The position numbers and the translations under genes are program-made. Below are positions 56,239 through 64,000 of a stretch of 64,000 nucleotides of DNA, piece after piece (the first letter of the stretch is position 1; each line of letters starts with the position of its first letter). Source of the DNA: a virus; the IMG/VR virus record IMGVR_UViG_3300027788_001769, positions 64,001 through 128,000 of that record, one strand, 5' to 3'. The notes beneath the pieces were generated by a model. The model was given only the letters and a program-made list of their open reading frames with translations. It did no database searches and was not told the origin of the DNA.

Positions 56239-58275
56239 ATGGAAGACCTATCTAACAATTTTTCAGAGTTTGAAAACAAAGACGAAAACAGAATGCCTAA
56301 AAAAGAAAAAACCGGTACCGCCTCAAAAACACCAATCCTAGATAACTTTTCTAGAGATTTAATTGTTCTTGCGGAAGAAGGTAAATTAGACCCAGTAGTG
56401 GGTAGAAAAGACGAAATAACTAGAATTGCTCAAATCCTTTCTAGACGTAAAAAAAATAACCCTATACTGATAGGTGAACCTGGATGTGGGAAAACTGCAT
56501 TAGTGGAGGGATTAGCTATGAGAATCCACAATGGAAAATGTCCAAGAAATTTATTGGATAAAAGAATAGTAGCTTTAGACTTAACATCTATAGTAGCAGG
56601 AACCAAATATAGAGGTCAGTTTGAGGAGAGAATGAAAGCTGTTTTAGATGAGTTATATGATAATCCAGACATTATAGTTTTTATAGACGAAATACATACC
56701 GTAGTTGGTACTGGTAACTCTTCTGGTTCTCTAGATGCTGCAAATATATTTAAACCAGCACTAGCAAGGGGTGAACTACAATGTGTAGGAGCAACAACCA
56801 TAGATGAATATAGAGAAAACATAGAATCAGATGGTGCTTTAGTTAGAAGGTTTCAGAAAGTGACGGTAGACCCAACATCTATAGAGGAAACATTACAAAT
56901 CCTTAAGAACATAAGAGACAAATATGAAGACCACCATAAGGTTAAATTTAGTGATAAATGCTTATCTATGTGTGTAAATCTAGCTGAAAGATACATTACA
57001 GATAGGGAATTCCCAGATAAAGCTATAGACATTTTAGATGAGGTAGGGGCAAAAGTTCAAGTGGAGATAGAGTACCCTAAGGAGATTGAGGACTTACGGA
57101 AAAAGATAAGTGACGTAAAAGAACAAAAAGTTAATGTTGTAAAAAACCAAGCTTTTGAACGTGCAGCGGAACTTAGGGATAAAGAAAAAAACCTAATAAC
57201 TAAATTAGAAGACACTAAACTAACTTGGGAGTCATCTTTAGAAGACACTAGAAGAGAAGTTACTGAAGATGATATTTTCAGTGTGGTTTCCCAAATGACT
57301 AAAATACCTTTAAAAAGACTAACTGATGATGAAAGTGAAAGTTTATTACAATTAGAAACTCTTTTAAATAAGTCAGTAGTGGGTCAACCACAAGCAATAA
57401 AAAAGATATCTAAAGCCATTAGAAGGAATAGGGTCGGTATTAGAGAACATAAGAAACCTATTGGAGCATTTATGTTCTTAGGGTCCACTGGAATTGGTAA
57501 GACATTATTGGCAAAAGCTATAGCAAAAGAAATTTTTGGGGACGAAAACAATTTAATTAGAGTGGATATGTCGGAATATAAAGAAAGATTTACCTCTTCC
57601 AGGCTAATAGGTTCACCTCCTGGATACGTTGGGTACAACCAAGGGGGACAACTAACTGAAGCTGTAAGAAAAAACCCTTACTCAGTTGTTCTACTTGATG
57701 AGATTGAGAAGGCTCATGAAAACATTTATGATTTACTATTACAAATATTAGATGAAGGCCATTTAACAGATGGTTTAGGTAGAAAGATTAATTTTAAAAA
57801 TACCTTAATAATAATGACTTCAAACGTGGGTAGTAGGCAACTACAGGACTTTGGTAGTGGTTTAGGGTTTATGACTAGTTCTAAACAAAGTCACGAAGAT
57901 GAGGAACAAAAAAACGTTATAACTAAGGCATTAAAAAATAAATTTAGTCCAGAGTTTTTAAACAGACTAGACGAAACTATAGTATTCAACCCTCTAGACC
58001 ATAAAAACATAAAAGAAATTGTTAAATTAGAGCTTGCTAACTTAAAAACAAGACTAGATGAAATGGGGTACAAATTTAAATTTGATGCTAGTGTAGTAAA
58101 TTATATTGCTGATGATGGGTTCGATGATAAGTTTGGGGCAAGACCAATAAAAAGAACAATACAAATAAAGATAGAGGATTATATATCTGAAGAAGTATTA
58201 AAAAGGAATATAGTTGTGGATAAATCCTATATGTTGTCTATACGTAAAAAGGACGGAAAAATTACTATAAAATAA
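56239..58275 (+). CDS. clpC: ClpC-like AAA+ ATPase lacking the N-terminal Clp-repeat domain
   Basis: NBD1 GEPGCGKT/FIDEIH, UVR-type M domain (FERAAELRD), NBD2 GSTGIGKT/LLDEIEK, ClpP-binding-loop LGF, GARP. Confidence 0.9.
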   Translation: MEDLSNNFSEFENKDENRMPKKEKTGTASKTPILDNFSRDLIVLAEEGKLDPVVGRKDEITRIAQILSRRKKNNPILIGEPGCGKTALVEGLAMRIHNGKCPRNLLDKRIVALDLTSIVAGTKYRGQFEERMKAVLDELYDNPDIIVFIDEIHTVVGTGNSSGSLDAANIFKPALARGELQCVGATTIDEYRENIESDGALVRRFQKVTVDPTSIEETLQILKNIRDKYEDHHKVKFSDKCLSMCVNLAERYITDREFPDKAIDILDEVGAKVQVEIEYPKEIEDLRKKISDVKEQKVNVVKNQAFERAAELRDKEKNLITKLEDTKLTWESSLEDTRREVTEDDIFSVVSQMTKIPLKRLTDDESESLLQLETLLNKSVVGQPQAIKKISKAIRRNRVGIREHKKPIGAFMFLGSTGIGKTLLAKAIAKEIFGDENNLIRVDMSEYKERFTSSRLIGSPPGYVGYNQGGQLTEAVRKNPYSVVLLDEIEKAHENIYDLLLQILDEGHLTDGLGRKINFKNTLIIMTSNVGSRQLQDFGSGLGFMTSSKQSHEDEEQKNVITKALKNKFSPEFLNRLDETIVFNPLDHKNIKEIVKLELANLKTRLDEMGYKFKFDASVVNYIADDGFDDKFGARPIKRTIQIKIEDYISEEVLKRNIVVDKSYMLSIRKKDGKITIK

Positions 58276-58289
58276 TATAACTTTTTACA

Positions 58290-59027
58290 TTAATAAGCAG
58301 GGCCAGGGCCTACTTGCCTACATGGTTGTACAGCTCTAATTCTACAATCAGCATCCAATTCTATACATTGGGAGTCTTTATCGTTTGAACATTCTGATGC
58401 ATAGGCTCTGTAATAACCTATAGCTGTTACTGGGTCACAAATACAACCACTAGAAATCCATAAATGGTCACCTGGTACTAAACTACCAGGTGTTCCATCT
58501 GTGTACTTTACGGTACAGGTTTCGTCAGAACATACACCTATACCACCATATACCTCTTCTGGTTGGTCTATTTCCCCACATCCTGTATATTGGTTATTGT
58601 ATTGACTGGTATTGATTGTCGCACACTCACTACTATTACATTGTGTAATTGCAACAATAACACCTCCAGAAACTTGGTAACAGTATTGACAATACTCGTC
58701 ATTACCACAATTTTGACCAGAATAATAACCGTTAGCTGCTGGTGTACAATTTTGGTCACTGTATAGGGCTTGTCCTACCACCAAGTTACAACCGGTACAA
58801 GGTGGTTTTATTTGTACAGACCAAAAATTTGTACATTCTGCAGCACATGCTATTGTACAGTTTTCTGAGTTTATGGATAATAAAAAAGGACCACAAGTAA
58901 AACAATTTTCAGTCACACAATCTTTAATTACGTCGTCTACGTTATAAGTGTGTGTTTGAGTGACCCCATTTACTGTTGATGCACTTGCACAATAGGGAAC
59001 TCCGTTAATGTTGTATATATCTGCCAT
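58290..59027 (-). CDS. Cys-rich virion/fibre-associated protein
   Basis: 24 Cys in 245 aa; two G..L(Y/W)....C....GYY modules; coupled (TAATG) to the fibre gene. Confidence 0.65.
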   Translation of the reverse strand: MADIYNINGVPYCASASTVNGVTQTHTYNVDDVIKDCVTENCFTCGPFLLSINSENCTIACAAECTNFWSVQIKPPCTGCNLVVGQALYSDQNCTPAANGYYSGQNCGNDEYCQYCYQVSGGVIVAITQCNSSECATINTSQYNNQYTGCGEIDQPEEVYGGIGVCSDETCTVKYTDGTPGSLVPGDHLWISSGCICDPVTAIGYYRAYASECSNDKDSQCIELDADCRIRAVQPCRQVGPGPAY

Positions 59028-62000
59028 TATGCTATTTTAATAAATGTCCCGTCAGGGTTAAAGTACACTAGGTTAGAAGTTTCTGTCATATAACCTACCA
59101 CCCTAACATAACGATTTGATGCACTAGGTGCTGTTTCTGTTATTTGTCCTGCTGTTTGTGAGACATATAAAGGACCCCCAATAGACCAAGTAGTAACCCC
59201 GTCAGCTGTAGAGTTTAAAGCTGCAAACCCTCTTATTAGTATACCTAAAGAAGGAGAAGCACCTAACGAAACACCTAACATATTTCCTTGTTGTGAGGTC
59301 TCATCTGCGTCAGCAGGATACCATTTACCATTTCTTAACTGTACTAACATACCTGGAAGATAACCAGGCCCTGTTGTACCAAACCTAACAATTTCACCCC
59401 CAGCGGTACCCGCAGACATGGTGGAGAAAGTATTGTTATCGTGAACAACATCTAAAGTAGTTACTGGTGTTTGGTACGACGCTGTAAAGTTAGAGTTACT
59501 ACTTTGCATAAACTCTTTAGAAGCTACTCGTATTTTACCATTAACTTGTGCCGAGTCTAAATAAGTTGTACTTGGTGTGAATGCCGTCATGTCTACACCA
59601 CCTAAAATTGCTGAACTGTGTGCAATCGCGTGAGTGGTATGTCCAGAACCACCTAGGATATGACCATAATAATGTGAAGCTGTATCCGCTAAGATTAAGT
59701 TACCTCTACCGTTTAAGATAGAAGACTGATAACTGTGATTAGTTATTAAACCTGACGCTGGAGATATCGAGTTATCCCAACCATTTACAATAACTCCTTT
59801 TATTCCATTAACTATTGTATTGTTTTCTCCACCACCAATAAGTGACCATTTTTCATTTGATGTTATCCCAGAAATTAAATTCTTTTCACCACCAACAATT
59901 GAGGAGTGTTGACTTCCACCACCGGAACCTGTTACATTACCAGTAATTCTATTGTCACGCCCACCCCCTATAAAGGTAAACCAGTTTGTAGTACCTTTTA
60001 CTATTTCGTTTTTAAAACCACCTACGATTGTAGTGTAGGCTAAAGAATCACTAATACTATTATCTGAACCACCACCGATGAAACCATAACCAACATCACC
60101 TATCTTGTTCGTTGAACCACCAGCTATTACAGATGTGTACCCACTTATGCCATTATATCTTCCACCTCCAATGTTGTTATAAGAACCTCCAGCACCACCT
60201 GCAATGTTGTAACCTGAACTACTAGGGTTGACTGGTAGTTTAGGTATTATATTACCATTTCCTAAGTCATACCTATATGGGCTATCAGTAAATTCATTAC
60301 AAGTATTAGCTGTTAATGTAACACCATCACTAAGTAAGACGTTTAATATACATCCGTTTGTAAACGCTGACACAGCAAAGGTATCACCAGTCATTTGTAC
60401 ACTATTTGGGTCAGCCCAATAAGCGTCACCAACACTATTGATAGATTTTAATACCCTACCTGCTGCAGGGTTAGCGAAAGAACCTCTATATGTAAATGCT
60501 CTTGTACCATCTGTTGTGTCCGTATCAACATATAGACCTTTAATGTGGGTTGTTTGTGAACGACGTGCAAACATATCGTTTCCACCCATAACCACAGCTG
60601 ATTTAAACTCACCTGCTATAGTATTACCAGTACCATTAATGATTACAGAATAGTCAGGGACACCTTCAGTACCAGGTTGTTTACCAAATGGGAATATTCT
60701 ATTATCCCTACCATTTAACACACTAGAGTAGGTGGTACCACTAATGTAGTTGTTTTCTCCACCTCCTATAAATCCTTGTTCACTTCCTTGCCATAATATA
60801 TTTTGATAACCACCAACTATAGACGAGTGTAGGTTAATTTCTCCACCTAATCCACTAATGATTTTATTTCCGTGTCCTGCACCTATAAAGTTTTCTAGTG
60901 AACCATTAGTGGTTCCAGATATAGTATTTTGGAATCCTCCCCCAATAAAACTACGTCTACTACGTAATATAGTGTTTTCTTGACCACCAACAATTGAAGC
61001 GTCATGAGACTCTGTTAATATTTTATTTTGTTGCCCTGAACCTATAAATGATTTGTCTGAACTTTGTACACTATTAGTTGAACCACCAGCAATTGAGGTG
61101 TATTTTGAATTCTCTAAATAGTTAGAGAAACCGAACATCCAACTAGCATTATTCTGACCCATTCCAGCATCTTCACCGCTTCCTGTCACAGTGTTCATGT
61201 AGTTATAATTACCCCCGATTGCTGAATTATAACTAGCACCTGATATAGTGTTTAGGTCACCATTGATTATCCCGTTAGATGTTATTTTATTACTAGTAAG
61301 TCTATCATCAATACTATACACAATTAAGTTTCCTCTACCACCAGCTATATTGTGGTTTTGACCTTGTAAAACTCTATTTTTCCAGAAACTAGATTGTGGT
61401 GGTAGTTTTGGTCTAATAGATTCATTTGCTGTACCGTACTCGTAAGGACCTTCGGTAAACTGATTACAAGTATTAGCGGTTAATGTTGTTCCATCACTTA
61501 CATCTATATACAACGTACATCCACTAGTATAGGCTGAAATTGCATATGTGTCACCAGTTAAATCCACCCTCGGACCCTCTATGTCAGCCCAAACAGCGTC
61601 ACCCAAGTTATTCACAGATTTTAAGAACCTACCTGATTGTTCATTTGCCCAAGCACCGTGGTACCTGAATTTTCTATGTCCATTATGTGTGTCAGTGTCA
61701 ACATCTAGACCTTTCATGTATGTAGTTTGTGATAAGGTAGCCTGTATATCTACACCACCTAATATTACAGAAGCATCCGCCCAAGCAGATATAGTATTAC
61801 CTGAACCGTTAAGGATTGTCGGGTATTGTGTTTCTCTATGAACAACCCCCTCACCACCTAACTCGATACCACTTATAAAGTTTTGTTTACCATTATGGAT
61901 AGAAGCGTAAGTAGCTCCACTAATTTGATTTTTAAGTCCGTTCCCGATATGAGAATAGTAAGTTCTATCCCACACTCTATTATCTTCTCCATTTAAAATT

Positions 62001-64000
62001 GACCCATAGAAATTCCATGACCCACTAACGTTTCCTCTGTGTAGGACCTGGTTGTTAACACCATTACCAACTAAACCATATTGTCCACCTGTAGTTGTTA
62101 CCCCAGAAGTTGCATTTAGACGACCATTTAATATGGTATTATGTTTTCCAAAAACTACTGTATTTCTTAAACCTTGTCCAACGTAACCCATTCTAGTGTC
62201 TTTTATAAGATGGAGCGTACCTCCAACAGCTACACCATATTGACCTCCTTCTACTCTATTTGCTACACCACCAACAACTGAGGAGTATATTCCTTTGTTA
62301 ATAAAGTTGTAAGCTCCTCCACCGATATGTGAACCTACAGTACCACCTGTTATCGTATTTAAATCACCACCAAGAATTGAGGAGTAGTTAGACCACCCGT
62401 ATCCTTCGTTCGGACTGGGAACAAAAGTATTTATAACTCCGGTAATTAGATTTCTTTTACCACCACCTATATTATTATAGTAACCATTTCTAATATCATT
62501 TTCTTGGAATGCTGTTGCTGGTAATTTAGGTACTATAGTACCCCAACCAGTATCGTATCTATAAGGACCTTCGGTAAATTCATTACAAGTGTTAGCTGTT
62601 AAAACTGTACCATTACTAACTACAACATACATAGTACATCCACTAGTGTAGGCTGAAACTGCGAATGTATCACCTGTTAAATCCACATTTCTAGTTTCCT
62701 TCCACACAGCGTCACCAGCACTATTGATAGATGTTAATATTCTGTTAGTACCCGGGTTTGCAAATGCACCATAATATCTAAATGCACGTGCTCCTTCTGT
62801 TGTGTTAGTATTAACATACAAACCTTTCATATGGGTAGTTTGTGACCTAGACGCGGTAATATCTACACCACCAATAATTGCCGCTGCTTTCATTGCTCCA
62901 GTTATTGTATTACCACTACCATTAACAATTACTGAGTAATTAGGTGTTTGTTCACTTCCCGGTTCTTTACCACTCGGGAATATTCTATTTTCTTTACCAC
63001 CTAAAATTCCAGAATATGTAGAACCTGAAATGTAATTTATATATCCATTTAATATAGTACCATAACTACTACCACGCCAGATTCTATTATCACCTCCATT
63101 TACTATAGTAGCATGACTAGTAACATCATTCTGATAATGAGAATATATGTGATTGTCCAGACCATTACCTATCAAACCATACTGTATCCCTATTGAACGA
63201 GAATCACCTGATATTACAGCATCTGTACCATTTTGGATACTACTATTCCAACCGTTACCTATCTTATTTATGTGTCCACCATCTATATTAGAATATACTG
63301 ATTTTACCATCGAATTCTTCCACCCTCCTTGTATATTAGAAGCTGTAACATTTTCCATATAACTAATGTTTCCACCCCCAGCAGAAACGTAACCATTTAC
63401 CATCAAATTGTAAGAACCACTTAACCAACTATCATTAGTATTACCAGATATGGTATTTGTATTACCATTAATAATAGCGTTATTGAATGTTTTAGTTTCT
63501 ATAACAGGTGGTAAACCAGCTCCAAATAAAATAGTATTGTTTTGCCCCCCAGCTATATTATGGTAGAAACCATGTTTATTATCATTACCAACCCCACTTG
63601 CTTGTGTCGGGATTACTGGTCTAATAGAATCTACACCAGTAGAATATTCGTAAGGGCTAATAGACCCAAACTGATTACATGTATTAGCAGTTAATGTTGT
63701 TCCATCACTTATGTCTATATACAATGTACATCCACTAGTATAGGCAGAGACAGCAAATGTATCACCCGTTATTCTAGGTCCACCCATTTGTTGCCAAACA
63801 GCATCACCAACACCATTAACACTTGTTAACACTCTACCAAGACCTGGGTTTGCAAATGCACCATAATATCTAAATGCACGTGCTCCTTCTGTAGTGTCAG
63901 TATTAGCATAAAGTCCTTTCATGTGAGTAGTTTGGGACTTGCTTGAGTTTATATCCACACCACCTAGAACGGCTGCACCAACATGAGATAAACTAATTGT
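59027..64000 (-). CDS. large modular tail/head fibre protein, 5'-truncated by the window edge
   Basis: Frame is open to position 64000 (TISLSHVGAAVLGGVDI...); many S.I.GG..N.I beta-solenoid repeats; C-terminal ADA....LGV....G.L.RG....G..LY.S.TAG.IT.TAPS.....R.VG domain. Confidence 0.8.
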   Translation of the reverse strand, partial: TISLSHVGAAVLGGVDINSSKSQTTHMKGLYANTDTTEGARAFRYYGAFANPGLGRVLTSVNGVGDAVWQQMGGPRITGDTFAVSAYTSGCTLYIDISDGTTLTANTCNQFGSISPYEYSTGVDSIRPVIPTQASGVGNDNKHGFYHNIAGGQNNTILFGAGLPPVIETKTFNNAIINGNTNTISGNTNDSWLSGSYNLMVNGYVSAGGGNISYMENVTASNIQGGWKNSMVKSVYSNIDGGHINKIGNGWNSSIQNGTDAVISGDSRSIGIQYGLIGNGLDNHIYSHYQNDVTSHATIVNGGDNRIWRGSSYGTILNGYINYISGSTYSGILGGKENRIFPSGKEPGSEQTPNYSVIVNGSGNTITGAMKAAAIIGGVDITASRSQTTHMKGLYVNTNTTEGARAFRYYGAFANPGTNRILTSINSAGDAVWKETRNVDLTGDTFAVSAYTSGCTMYVVVSNGTVLTANTCNEFTEGPYRYDTGWGTIVPKLPATAFQENDIRNGYYNNIGGGKRNLITGVINTFVPSPNEGYGWSNYSSILGGDLNTITGGTVGSHIGGGAYNFINKGIYSSVVGGVANRVEGGQYGVAVGGTLHLIKDTRMGYVGQGLRNTVVFGKHNTILNGRLNATSGVTTTGGQYGLVGNGVNNQVLHRGNVSGSWNFYGSILNGEDNRVWDRTYYSHIGNGLKNQISGATYASIHNGKQNFISGIELGGEGVVHRETQYPTILNGSGNTISAWADASVILGGVDIQATLSQTTYMKGLDVDTDTHNGHRKFRYHGAWANEQSGRFLKSVNNLGDAVWADIEGPRVDLTGDTYAISAYTSGCTLYIDVSDGTTLTANTCNQFTEGPYEYGTANESIRPKLPPQSSFWKNRVLQGQNHNIAGGRGNLIVYSIDDRLTSNKITSNGIINGDLNTISGASYNSAIGGNYNYMNTVTGSGEDAGMGQNNASWMFGFSNYLENSKYTSIAGGSTNSVQSSDKSFIGSGQQNKILTESHDASIVGGQENTILRSRRSFIGGGFQNTISGTTNGSLENFIGAGHGNKIISGLGGEINLHSSIVGGYQNILWQGSEQGFIGGGENNYISGTTYSSVLNGRDNRIFPFGKQPGTEGVPDYSVIINGTGNTIAGEFKSAVVMGGNDMFARRSQTTHIKGLYVDTDTTDGTRAFTYRGSFANPAAGRVLKSINSVGDAYWADPNSVQMTGDTFAVSAFTNGCILNVLLSDGVTLTANTCNEFTDSPYRYDLGNGNIIPKLPVNPSSSGYNIAGGAGGSYNNIGGGRYNGISGYTSVIAGGSTNKIGDVGYGFIGGGSDNSISDSLAYTTIVGGFKNEIVKGTTNWFTFIGGGRDNRITGNVTGSGGGSQHSSIVGGEKNLISGITSNEKWSLIGGGENNTIVNGIKGVIVNGWDNSISPASGLITNHSYQSSILNGRGNLILADTASHYYGHILGGSGHTTHAIAHSSAILGGVDMTAFTPSTTYLDSAQVNGKIRVASKEFMQSSNSNFTASYQTPVTTLDVVHDNNTFSTMSAGTAGGEIVRFGTTGPGYLPGMLVQLRNGKWYPADADETSQQGNMLGVSLGASPSLGILIRGFAALNSTADGVTTWSIGGPLYVSQTAGQITETAPSASNRYVRVVGYMTETSNLVYFNPDGTFIKIA
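60290..63965 (-). repeat. four dispersed ~100-aa linker modules spaced about 1.1 kb apart in the fibre gene
   Basis: SQTT(H/Y)(M/I)KGL....T..G.R.F.Y.G..AN...R.L.S.N..GDA.W...GDT(F/Y)A.SA(Y/F)T.GC......S.G..LTANTCN.F at about 63670-63960, 62575-62870, 61455-61760 and 60290-60590. Confidence 0.88.

Noticed and set aside
1-64000. Stop-codon reassignment (TAG or TGA recoding as in some large phages)
   Set aside because: Conserved genes are intact under code 11, and TAG and TGA end genes directly before the next start (e.g. 18185, 20892, 28949, 4300)
59027-64000. Diversity-generating retroelement template/variable repeat in the fibre gene
   Set aside because: Repeats are all in-frame coding modules, differences do not look adenine-specific, and there is no reverse transcriptase in the window

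Overview
AT-rich fragment of a large T4-like (myovirus-type, probably jumbo) phage genome, standard genetic code, densely coding. The host is probably a Bacteroidota member, inferred from A-rich start regions without Shine-Dalgarno sequences, TTG-N20-TAnnTTT(G/A) promoters and Bacteroidota-like ClpC/DnaK/DUF4494 genes. On the + strand, 1-38.5 kb holds a stand-alone WYL protein, a CDGSH Fe-S protein missed by the ORF track, an exonuclease and a dUTPase. It also holds a ~27 kb glycan locus (about a dozen glycosyltransferase-like genes, Gmd/ColD/Fcl, RmlB/C/D-like enzymes, a 2-epimerase, a C-methyltransferase, a UDP-sugar dehydrogenase) with no membrane export or polymerase genes, followed by PhoH, a gp55-like sigma factor, baseplate-like genes and DNA ligase. 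On the - strand, 38.5-56 kb holds the head module (major capsid, scaffold, protease, portal, terminase), acidic putative internal proteins, a Pol-beta nucleotidyltransferase, a KTSC protein and DnaK. These are followed by a divergent N-domain-less ClpC, a Cys-rich protein and a large modular fibre protein that runs off the window end. Best candidates for new biology are (i) a cytoplasmic virion-glycosylation system, with a colitose-type pathway and a candidate hydrophobic-(S/T)-G sequon in structural proteins, and (ii) a late promoter motif TATTTAT that is the reverse complement of the T4 late promoter. All functional calls come from reading motifs by eye; no database searches were run.
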